This document shows, piece by piece, positions 40,715-53,400 of a stretch of 64,000 nt of DNA. Below the pieces are notes generated by a model. It ran no database searches. It was not told the origin of the DNA and saw only the letters and a program-made list of their open reading frames with translations. The stretch spans positions 24,242,001 through 24,306,000 of the forward strand of contig OZ024755.1 of NCBI GenBank assembly GCA_964016885.1, read 5' to 3'. Position numbers and translations under genes: made by a program. Positions within the stretch are counted from its first letter, which is position 1; the number at the start of each line of letters is the position of its first letter. This DNA comes from Eledone cirrhosa. Taxonomy: Eukaryota.

Positions 40715-41445
40715 GAGGCACACACCATGTCTGAGTATAGTGCCAGGGATTGGTTCTCCTGTTTGTTTCAGTGATTTCAGCCATGAAGATCAACCACACA
40801 CAAGAGGTCCATCTGACTTCAATGACAAGCAACTGCATGAGCTGGTGGAAGCTGACCCATGCTAGACATTATGTTAAGTCCCTGAAGTTCTTGGGGCATC
40901 GAAAACAACCATCCTCAATCACTTGCATGCAATAGGGAAGGTGACTAAGCTGGATCAATGGTGCTCCAAAATCTGATTGATAGTAATTGTGAATGTTGGG
41001 CAGCAGCTGTGACTTCTCTGTTCTCCTATCATCATTCAACCAACTGGTTACATTCTATTGTCACTGGTTATGAAAAATGTCTACATTAATGTCAAGCACA
41101 AGCGATTGTGCTTGATAAAGAGAGTATGCCACGACAAGCAAAGGCTGGCCTCCACCCCTGCAAGTCCCTACAGAACATCTGGTGGGACTGGAAAGATGTC
41201 ATCCACTACAAGCTGCTCCCACAAGACACCACCATAATCAATAAGATGTCTATTGCCAACAGCTTGACAGATTAGTGGCAAAAGTCACACAGGTGAGCCC
41301 ACACCATAGTCCTGTTCGATTCCTTCATGATAACGCTCAGCCACATACATCAAGGATGACCATGTGAGAAACTGCTGGAGCTAGGTTGGGAGATTCTGCT
41401 CTACCCGCCATATTCACCAAACCTCACACCTACAGATTATCACCG
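40715..41445 (+). pseudogene. Decayed mariner transposase
   Basis: Fragments HLHAIGKVTKLDQW, WWDWKDVIHY, YCQQLDRL, FLHDNAQPH and LGWEILLYPPYSPNLTPTDYH, with frameshifts. Confidence 0.85.
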
Positions 41446-42225
41446 TTAGTGGTTATTTTTTTTAATATCCTAAACATCCCCTACTCTAATTCTAATAATA
41501 ACTTTTTCCTCACCCCATCAATAACCCTACCTTAATCATTTAGTTACCAATCCAGCCCTGGTACTATGAAATAAAATTTTAAAGCTTTCCAATTTAAATT
41601 AATATCTTCTAACATAATTTTATATAAGAAATAATTAATAATTTTAGTAAAACCCTCAAAATTCTTCATTAATTGATTGGAATAAAGTGTATTTCCTTAG
41701 AAATAGTCACAAAAAGGTTAACTTTATCTTAACCTAAACATAAGAACACTATTCCATCCTAATACTCCTGAATAAGTTAAAATAAAAATTAGTTGTGATA
41801 GAATTTGATGAGATAAAAAAAAAAGTTGTATGAATAAAATATTAGAAATTTGCAGATATTGCTATAAGTTGCGAGTTTCTTACCACTAATAGATGCTGAA
41901 AATGTTATAAAATAATGAAAATAAAGAGAGGTTTTATACAAAAATCATTTTTATTTCATCTGACAACATAGTTTAAGAAATATACATTTCCATATAAAAA
42001 TGATTTAATATAGAAACACACCTGATTGTTAAAATTGCCCAAAGATTTGCATATACAAGAGTAAACCCTATTTTGGGAATCACTGTGATTTAGTCATATC
42101 AGTAAAATCATTTAATTTGTCTTTTACATAAAAATTGATGAAAACGTCAATTTTTTTGGAAAAAAAATAACAACTGAAGCAAGTCGTTAAGAACTAATGA
42201 GATGTCATTATTAAGACACATTCTT

Positions 42226-42723
42226 ATATATATATATAAGTTTATGATGTGTGTAGGAGATAGAAATTTCAGTATATATGTGTGTGTGTTTCTATCTCTG
42301 TAGACTGAATTATTGACAATACACAGCAAATAAATGTTTCAATATGAACTAGATTTTCTATGAATGCACACATTTTAAAGAAGAATGTGTCTCAATAATT
42401 GTTTCTACTTTTGGCACAAGGCCAGCAATTATCCTAGTGTATTACTGGTACTTTATTTTATCGACCCTGTAAGGATCGATACAGAGTCAATAAAATAAAG
42501 TACCAGTAATACACTGGTATAATTACTGGCCTTGTGCCAAAAGTAGAAACAATTATTGAGACACATTCTTCTTTAAAATTTGTGCATTCATAGAAAATCT
42601 AGTTCATCTTGAAACATTTATTTGCTGTGTATTGTCAATAATTCAGTCTACAGAGATAGAAACACACACATATATACTGAAATTTCTATCTCCTACACAC
42701 ATCATAAACTTATATATATATAT
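42226..42723. repeat. ~500-bp near-perfect palindrome (about 245-bp arms, 8-nt loop)
   Basis: 42226-42471 is the reverse complement of 42480-42723 with few mismatches. Confidence 0.97.
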
Positions 42724-42961
42724 TTGCTCTACAGGTATATATATATACAATCCTTATCGAGCCCTTTTTGATTTTGGTCTTTGTATTTATTATTACTATA
42801 TATATATATATACATAACCCCCCTCAAGGAAGTGTTTCAACCCTTAACTTCTTAGCCATTTAAAAAACACTAAAACCTTTTATATTTACTTTTCACAAAT
42901 TTTGTGGTTTCAGTAACCACATTTCAGAGGTGCAACAAAAATGTTTGATAGCACAAACTAA

Positions 42962-43152
42962 ATAATTGTTTCTACTTTTGGCACAAGGCCAGCAATTACC
43001 CCCAGTGCATTACTGGTACTTTATTTTATCAACCCCGTAAGGATGAAAGGCAAAGCTAACCTTGGTGAGATTTCAACTCAGAACGTAAAGGACCATAACT
43101 CTATGCTGCAGAGCATAGTGCCTGATGCTCTACTGTTACCAATCCACTGCCC
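42962..43152 (-). mobile_element. SINE family A copy
   Basis: Full family match. Confidence 0.85.
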
Positions 43153-44352
43153 ACAAACTAAATAATTGTTTCTTCTTTTGGCACAAGGCCAGCAATTACC
43201 CACAAACTAAATAATAAGTTAATATAAGAGTTTTTGTGTGTTTTGTAAATAGTTAAAATGTCTCTTCCAGAATGTATTAGCTAACAAAATATTTCTATAA
43301 AAGTGAATAGTTTTAGTAAACATATGAATCCTAACAGTATGGACTGAAAAGTTAATGAGATTTGAATGCAGAATGAGATTAAAATACAGGGAGACATTTA
43401 ATGTGGTTATTTCCTGTTTCTGCCAACTTTCATTTAGTATTGAATCTTTAGACACTGATTAGGTGTAGGTGGTGGCCAATAATGGAACCATTGTTTTATA
43501 AAACAACTATAAAAATAACAATAAAAGCAATATTGTGTGTATTTCAATATATAACAACTCAGCAGTAAAATTAAGCTAGAGAGACATTATATATATAAAT
43601 ATATATATATATATATTGAAAATATGACTGTTCAAATTTTATCTTTTTTTTATCAAGGGTTCCTAGATTCATAATTCTATTGACACTTTAATTACCAATA
43701 TGGCTAAAACTGGCTTTGATTCTATGAAATAAAACACCCATTTTAAAGGTTTCCAGTTTAAATTAAAATCTTCCAACAATTTTATATAAGAACCTTACAT
43801 TTAGTTACTATCTTACTAATGAAATAATTAATCATTTTAGTAAATCCCTCAAAATTCTTCATTAATTAATTAAAATAGAGTATATTTCATTAGAAATGCA
43901 GTCATGAAACGGTTAATGTTGGCAGCTATGATTTTACTAGTACTCCCAAAATCTTTTGAGATCACTGCAAAGTATACAAGCAATATGCCATTAATATATA
44001 ACCATTCTTACTTTGGAGACGAGGTTGTGAATGTGCCGAAACATTAAGACACATGGATTTAGCAACACCATTCCTCCAAATTTAACATAACAAACTAGTA
44101 AGGAAATATAAAAAAATCCATAAAAAGATCAAACTTGAGTACAGTCATATTTTCAATAGATTTAAAAGAAAAGTTTTCTACTATATATATATATATATAT
44201 ATATATAGAGTGAAGGAGAAAGAGAGGAAGGGAGAATGTGAGAGAAGGTATATATAATATAACCAGGTGGAATGTTCATAGATGTTGAACTAAACTGCAA
44301 AAGCAGCAATGAAAGAGAACCCAACCTTGTCCCTCTCATGACAAAATTCTTT

Positions 44353-44465
44353 TTATAGTGACAAAGACTTGACAGCTTTCTGGGCAGCATCATCTAGGTT
44401 TTCAGCCGAAACAATAGGCAAATTGCTTTCCTTCAAAATCCTTTTAGCTTCCGTTACATTGGTAC
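44353..44465 (-). CDS. SUCLG2: SUCLG2 last exon (GTNVTEAK...AVKSLSL*)
   Basis: TAG acceptor, TAA stop. Confidence 0.95.
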
Positions 44466-47400
44466 CTAAAATAAAATAAAGAAATTAAGGAACCTAGAAT
44501 CTATAAAAACAAATGTTTTAACCCTTTAGCATTTAAGCCGGCCATATCCAGCCAAAATTCTCTCACCTCTTATTGTTCAAACCAGCTGTAACCAGCCGCT
44601 CATACTGATGTTAAAGTATTGTTCTCAAAATAAATAATATCAAAATCTCAGATTTGATATTATGTGAGGTAAAAGCCTTTACCATGAAAATATAATAGTA
44701 TATAGAGATTAATGTAAATGCTAAAGGGTTAAGACCATCTTCCGTGATAAAATAGGGCTTAACCTTGCAAGCCTTGTGACAAGTTCCTCCTTATTCCTCT
44801 ATTGTCTACATCCCTCACCAAACCTCTGGCTTTCATTTCCTTATATAAGAATCTCTTTTAAATTATGCTCCAAACACCAGCATAGTAATGGGAAAGTTAG
44901 TTATATTATTAAATCCCCCAAAGAGGGCAGCGGATTGGCAGTATCGGTAGAGGGTCAGACGCCATGCTTTCCAGCATAGTTACGTCCCTTTATGATCTGA
45001 GTTCAAATCCCACCGATGTTAACTTTGCCTTTCATCCTTATGGGGTCGATAAAATAAAGTACCAGTAATGCACTGGGATAATTGCTGGCCTTGTGCCTAA
45101 AGTAGAAACAATTATTAAATCCCTCAAAATTTTTGATTATTTTCAAAATTAATTGAAAATCAGAGGCAAGGCTTTTAATTAGAAATATGATAATGAAATG
45201 GTTAAGCCTTGAAAATGACAAAAAGAATGGAAAGAAATAAGCTACTAACCCAAACTATTGTGAAAATGGACATATAATATCATCTCATGATGAATCAGTT
45301 GTCAAAATACAACAGAGAAAAAGGGATAACAGCTTATTTTGACTATGATTTTCATAACAATAAAACATGCAATGAGAATAATTTTATAGAAAAGTTAATG
45401 CTTACCTTCAAGGCGTACAACGAGAGGAAGATTGAAGTTGATTGATTTACAAGCATTAGTTATCCCATTGGCAATAGTAGCACAGTTTACAATGCCTCCA
45501 AAGATGTTCACAAGAATTGCTTTCACCTGGTTAAGAAGGATGCAAATAAGTAAAAACAGGATGTACTTGGAACACATTATAGAAAGTTGTGTAATTACGA
45601 AGATGACATATCTCCAAATTGAGAGATCACAGTTCTGATACTATGGGCATGTGGTTAGAATGTCTCAAGAAAGAATCGCTAGACAGATTTTACAGGCAAA
45701 AACCAACCGGCAGAAAACCCAGAGGTAGACCCTGAGCAAGATGGTTGGATAACATCCATGAGCTTGGAGGTCCAGCCAGATCAGTTGGAGACATATGCTT
45801 CTGACAGGACTTCCTCATACAGTTCCACACTGTAAACACGGCTAGTGTTAGGAAGGGCACCCAGCTGTAAAAATCCCAGCCAATATACAGTTCCATCTGA
45901 CCAAGGTACAGCATGGCTAGCTGGCCAGACTTATCTCATGATGGGGACAACTCATCTAACCCATGCAAGCATGGAAAAATAGATGTTAAACAGTGATGAT
46001 GATAAACACTTTAAAACAATTTTGTATTGTAAAACTATGGGCGTTTTGGTATCAAAAGGTTTAAATACTTACTTGTGAATCTTCAGTCAGTAACTTAAAT
46101 GCTTCAAAAACTTGTTTCTCTGTAACCGCACCCCCACAATCAAGAAAATTAGCAGGTTCTCCACCATACAACTTGATTATATCCATGGTTGCCATTGCCA
46201 ACCCAGCTCCATTTACTGCAAGAGAAATGGGGAAGTGTTTACCAAAATAGTTCAATCTTTCTAGACAATAAAATGGCAGAGTTGTTAGCATGTCATGGTA
46301 ATATTTTCCAGCTCTCTGCACCCAGAATTCAAATCCTGTGTTTTACATAAACCTTAAACTTACGGCATTAATGTCATGAAACATAATTCAATCTTACTTT
46401 GTGATAAAGTTTAACTCACATTCTTTAATCCTTTAGTATTTACATTACTCTATATATACTATTGTATTTTCACAGTCAAGGCTTTACCTCACATAATATC
46501 GAATCTATGAGATTTTGGTATTATTTATTTTGAGAACAATACCTTAATATAGGTGTGAGTGGGCAGTTAGCCAGTTTAAACAGAAAGAGGTAAGAGAATT
46601 GTGGCAAGATATGGCCGGTTTAAATGCTACTGGGTTAAGTATAGGTAACAAATTAACAGTCATTAGAACTTAGGATGAAATGCATTGAAGTATTTATTCC
46701 AGTTCTTGGCATTCTCTGAGGTCAAATCCTAACAAAGTCCAATTTACTTTTCACCCTTAAAATGGAGTTAAAATAAAGTACCAGTCAAGGATGGAGGATT
46801 CCCAGAATTGGTAGAGCATCGAACAAGATATCTTGTGGTATTTGTTCCACCTCTTTGCATAAATTTAATTTGTCACCTGATTTAACACCACCACCTGACT
46901 CTTTGGCATCTTTAGCAGAGTCCTCTTTGCTGCATGCATTCAGGCATGGTCTTTGGGTTAATCCTTTAGCATTTAGATTACTCTATATATTCTATTGTAT
47001 TTTTGTGGTGTAGACTTTATCTTACATAATTATCTCACAGAATATCGAATCTACAAGATTTCGATGTTATTTATTTTGAGAACAATAACTCAATGTCAGT
47101 ATGAGTGGCTAGTTACGGCCAGTTTTAATAGAAAGAGGTGAGAAAATTCTGGCCAGATATAGCCGGTTAAATGCTAAAGGGTTAAGGATATATTCCTCCC
47201 TGCTACAAGATCTGGAGACTCTAAGAAAACATAATGATCACTGCTTTTCCTTCTATGACTAAACAATAAAAAGATAAAGACAAGCCATGTCTTCATCCAT
47301 GACTATTTAGGTAATCAATATAATTAACCCTTTTGATACTAAACCACCCAAAACTATCTCTGGTTCTATGAAATAAAAACCTATCATTTTAAAATGTCTA

Positions 47401-50400
47401 TATCTGAATTAACATCTACCATTTCATTACTTTCATTACCATATTTCTAATGAAAAACACAGCCTATAATTTTCAATTAATTAAAAAAATTAAGTAATAT
47501 AACTAAATTTCTCATTATTAACCCTTTAGTATTTAAACCAGTCATATCCGGCCAGAATTCTCTCACCTTTTTTTGTTCAAACTGGCTGCTCATACTTATA
47601 TTAAGGTATTGTTCTCAAAATAAATAATATCAAATTCTCATAGATTCGATATTATGTGAGGTAAAGCCTTTACCATGAAAATATAATAGTATATATAGAG
47701 TAATGTAAATACTAAGGGGTTAAATCATTGTTTGGAGCATAATTTAAGAAAAGGTTCTAACATGAAATCATGTTGGAAAAAGTTAATCTATACATAAACC
47801 CTTAAACAGAAATGGTTCTCATCACAGAACCAGGAACAGTTTCAAACAGATTAATATGAAAAGGGTCAAGACATTTGACAGTAAAAGAAGTAAAGTATCC
47901 CTTACCAAGACAGGCAATGTTTCCATCCATGCCAATATAGTTTAAATTAAATTTAGCAGCTTCAACTTCCCTTGGATCTTGTTCAGTTTTGTCTTCCATT
48001 GCAAATATAGATTTCTGACGGAATTCAGCATTATCATCAAAATTGATTTTAGCATCAAAACACACAACTGTAATAAGTACATAAAAAACAAAAAAAAATT
48101 AAAATTCAGGAATAATTTGAAATTTAAAAAATGTATATTTATCATCATCATCAAACGTCTATTTTCCACGCTAGCATGGGTTAGACTGGTTTGTCCCATT
48201 AAAGGCAGGTTGGGTGACCGTCTCTCGTTCATATAGGACTGTTTCTGGCTAGATTTCTATGGCTGAATGCCCTTCCTAATGCCAACCACATTTACAGTGA
48301 GTGCTGGGCGCTTTTTGTTGTGTCACCTACACAACCACTTTAATGGTTAAAACAAAAACCGTATAACCAAACAATAGTTTAACTTTTAACATCCTATTGT
48401 GCTGGGTGTGAGCCCCCCACAACAAAATGCACTCAGTACATTCTGTCAAGTTTTAGTGTTAGTGCCATGAAAAATGCACCAAGCACACTTTGTAAAGTGA
48501 TAGAGGTGGTGCCATGAAAAACTACGAATACACCACCCCTCCGACACACCAACCAATACCCCATCCCACCAATACACTGACATACCACCCCAACAATACA
48601 CCAATACTCCCCATCAACACACCAACCTATGTGACTTACCTTTTCCATCTTCTGTTTCTCCAAAAGGGTTTACTTCTACTTGGGTTGCATCAACATTTTG
48701 AAATAGGTCATACAAACAACAGATTTGCTTGGCAGCCTACAACAGAAAACATTGTTTACAACTAAATCATCAATGCAATAGATTTTTTTAACCTGAAATA
48801 TATAGCAAGGCAGAAGTATGGCCATGTGGTTAAGGATTTTTTTTGCAACCATAAGGCACTCAGTTCATTCTATTATGCAGCACCTTGGAAAAGTGTCTTC
48901 TACTACAGCCTCAGGTCAATCAATGTCTAGTGAATTAAATTTGGCAGATCAAAACTACAGAAGCCCATCATATATATTGCAGCACCATGCATGCAAGTAG
49001 CACCTCATGGTGTTGTGATTTTGTGAACCTATTAGTATATATATATATATATATATATCAACATAAATGGTGATGCTGATATGTTTATATATATCATCAT
49101 CATCATTTTACGTCCGCTTTTCATTTCTACAGCTGAGTAAACTGGAGCAATGTGAAATAAAGTGTCTTGCTCAAGGAAACAACACATATACATATATATA
49201 TATAATGTTATATACTTTTGGCACAAGGCCAGCAATTATCCCAGTTTACTTTATTTTATCGACCCCTTAAGGATGAAAGGCAAAGTTAACCTCGGCACGA
49301 ATTGAACTCAGAATGGAAAGGGACATAACTATGCATGAAAGCATGACGTCCGACCCTCTACCGATACTGCCAACCCACTGTCCTTATATATATATATATA
49401 TATAATTAAATATTAATTAGTAACTAAAATATATAGATAAAAAATCAATCAGTGAAGCAATATTACATTAAATTTAAGTGAAAAAACACTTTTTATGGAA
49501 GTATAAGTCAGACAGACCAAAAGAAAAATTTAGTCTATCTCACTTATGTATCGATCTCCTTACCATGGTTTAATTTGTGGAATATATATATATATATATA
49601 TTTAATATAGAAATGGTTTCTACAGGACTAGAACTGTTTCATTCAGGAGAAATCATCAGGAAGCCGACTGTCCAAGTAATGTGGTGGTATTTATACCTTT
49701 TCTGGTGGTAGGAGAGGGTGGTGATTGGGATGAGTGGAGGTCGTTGGTTGATGGATTTAAATAAAAGGGAATTCTTTAAAAACTATATTTAGAGAACAAA
49801 GATAGGTTCACAATAAGGGGGGGGGGGGGCACTCCTGATTGTTAAGGTTCACTTAAGCTAACAATGGCTATTCATTCATGGCTCTACTGAAATGGTCAGG
49901 TACCTACATATATAGTTTTTAAAGAATTTCCTTTTATTTAAATCCATCAACCAATGACCTCCACCCATCCCAATCACCACCATAAAAGGTATAAATACCA
50001 CCACATTACTTGGACAGTCGGCTTCCTGATGATTTCTCACGAATGAAACTTTTTTAGTCCTGTAGAAGCCATTTCTATATTAAATATTTATACTCTGCTA
50101 TGTATTGAGTACCTTACTTACTGTGGTTACCCTGGATTAAACTCGGGATAATATATATATATATATATATATATCACCACCATACTTTTATTGTTTTTCC
50201 ACAATTGGATGGGTTGGACAGATCTTTTCCAACACAGCTTGCCTGAATCTTCTTTGTTCCAGAACTTGTAATATAACATAAGGTTGCATTCAAGAAACCA
50301 TAATTATATATTCTTAAAACCTACATTATTTTGTAAAAATCTAATTGCTATACATAATACTAATTATCTAAAAAATGAAAAACATTTAATTTCAAAGCTA

Positions 50401-53400
50401 ACTTCCTTTTAATGACTTTGTTGTGATTGCTTGTTGTAGGAAACCATTTTGATATTTGGTTGCAAGATGGAGGTCCGAAATTTCAACTGAACCTCAAGAT
50501 GATGATATAAGGAGTATACGAGTATAGAATGATGATGATCTGAGTATAAGTGTATAGGATGATGGTGATGATAATGCTGAGTATAAATGTAAAAACTCAC
50601 TTCTTCACACAAATTATTTTTAAAACCAAGGTTGGTGGCCATCTTCAGAGCTTGTTCTTTAGATATACCATTAAAGATATCAATTGGTTCCTGAAAACAT
50701 GAGATATAGCATACATCAAATAAAGCATTGTTAACAGAGCAGTAATTTATCAAGGAAAAAAATGTACGGGTTTGGACTATCAAAATACAAAAAATCCCAA
50801 ATAAATTACCGTAAAGATAGCTTCAGGTGTTGTGGCAGCAACTTCTTCAATATCCACTCCACCATATGGACTTCCTACTATCACAGGCCCTCCATATTTT
50901 CTGTCCATAAGGATTGCTAAGTATGCTTCACGAGAGATATCTAATGCTTCAGCAATCATCACCTGTACAAAGTAAAAATAATACACTGTTATATATTAAT
51001 AATAATGAATGTATCTCTAATTGCTGATTTTCTAGTTTCTTTATTATTGTTTCACTAGTTTGTCATATTGATCTCTAGTACTTATTTTATTAACTACTAA
51101 GTTACTAGACATAGACAAGAATAGAGTCAGACAGGCTTCTGAAGTTTCTGTCTGCCAAATTCCACTCACAAATCATTGGTCAAACAGAGGTTATTATCAT
51201 CAGAGGTCATCATCATCATCATCATCACCATTTTACATCCATTCTTCCACACAAGCATGGGTTAGACAGGTTGTCCTATTGTGGGCAATGCCAGGTCAGG
51301 TGACCATGTCTTGCTCATACAGAACTGATTTTGGCTTGATTTCTACTGCTGGATGCCCTTCCTAACACCAACCTCATTTACAGTGAGTACTAGGTGCTTT
51401 TTTACCGTGGCGCCTACACGACTACTCTACAGTGTGGTACAGAGATTTTTGTCGTGACATGTTATATAAATATGAAAAATAAAAATAAAAGCAAAATTAA
51501 GTAGAAAAAGGGGAAGGGGTAAAGAAGAGCAGATTTGGTTGTATGGACAGAGATTATAGTAAAAAGACTTGTCCAAGGTGCCATGCTGTGTGACGGATTC
51601 TGGAACCATGTGGCTGCGAAACAAACTCTGTATCCACAATAGCAAAAGCAGACGTAAGTATATGTCCAAATCTATTAAAAGAAAGGAATCTTTTTCCATG
51701 TGAAAAAATTCTTTGTAGAAACTTGTTAGTCTTCTGTTCAAGCCATGTAGCTTTTTGTTTTGCAGTCACTCAGTCCAAAATTCTCTTTCTGTGGATATCA
51801 GAAGGCAAGGATGAAAGTTTCTACAAAAAATTCTCTTTCAGTTATGCATCACAAAGTAGCCAATGACACGGAAAAGATTGTTGCATCTTTCCTTCTTCTT
51901 AACAGATTTGGACATATCATCATCATAATCATTTAACATCCATTTCTATAGCTTGCAAGGGTTGGATTAGACTCCAAAGACTAAGTCGATACCCAACTGG
52001 AACCATTGGTACTTCAGGTGGGCCAGGAGCTGCATCTTGTTACATCCATTCCCATACACTACAGAATGTACAGGTGCATTTTATTGTAGCACCAACACTG
52101 GAGAAATTATGATATTTTGGGGCATGGTTTCTACAGCTGGGTGCTCTTCCTACCACCGACCACTTTACAGGGGGTACTGGGTGCATTTTTCCTGGTAAGA
52201 AGGATGATAAGTATGATGTCATGTCTCTTTAGTCTTGTCTATATGACACCTTATCATTGTCCCACTCAGCAATTTCACCTCTAAATAAAACAATGACAAC
52301 AAAATTACTAATTAGCATTACAGGTGAAGGAAATCTACTCACTTTAGTTACTTTTACACCTGATGTTGATGTTTGTTTAGTGACCAAGTTGTTACCTAAC
52401 ATTTTTCCAACCAATTCTTCAACTTTGTTTAAACTGTAACAAAACAGAGAGATTTGGAAAATTTAATTTGAAATAATTCAACAAATTCCCATAACGCTTT
52501 AGCATTTAAATCAGCCATATCTGGCTAGAATTCTCTCACCTCCTTCTGTTCAAACCAGCCATAACTGGCTGCTCATACTAATGTTAAGGTATTGTTCTCA
52601 AAATAAATATCAAAATCTCATAGATTTGATATTATGTGAGATAAAGCCTTTACTGTGAAAATATAATAGTAAATATAGATGAATGTAAATGCTAAAGGGT
52701 TAATTGCCAGGGAGGCTTCTAAGAGGTTAACTTTTCTTCACTAGGTGTACTAATCAGCAGTGGGGGAGTATGCTTTGAAACCATGATAGACAGAGTAAGA
52801 ACAGGCTGTAAGAGGTTTAGAGAACTAGTTCCACTGCCTCTAAAACAGTGGTCTCCTTTTTTATACCATGGACCAGCTTCATGCCAGACAATCTTTCTGC
52901 CGAACCGTAGTTGGATACATGTGTTATTTAAATGCATTTCAATAAAGAAAGCAATTTATTAAAGGGTAGAAAAAGTGTATTGAGTATATGAATATTGAAT
53001 ATTTAAACAAATCTTATTTAAATTAAAGTCCAATATTCAATTTATCTATTATATAATTTTAAACAAGTTAATTATTTCTTTGTGGCCCGGTAGCAATCAA
53101 TCCACAGACCGATACCAGTCTGCGGCCCAGTGGTTAGGGACCTCTGCTCTAAAAGAACCTCATGTCTTGGGTCTTTATAAGGGAAAATGGCCTTAAAACA
53201 CTTGTTGTTACATCATATTCTTTACAATCTATAAACATTCATCAAGGAAAAGAAATACTGAAGTAATCATCAGAGAATTACTAGAAATAGAGAGAAAGAG
53301 AAAAGAACAGAATAAGAATATTGAAATACTTACTCTTTTGTTAAGTGGACACCACCTTTAAAGCCATTCTGTTGAAATATTCCTTTACCACGACCACCAG

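Larger units (their letters stand above)
49600..50152. mobile_element. Penelope-like element remnant with inverted ~190-bp terminal repeats, between (TA)n tracts
   Basis: 49600-49790 mirrors 49909-50090; each arm contains a hammerhead core. Confidence 0.75.
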
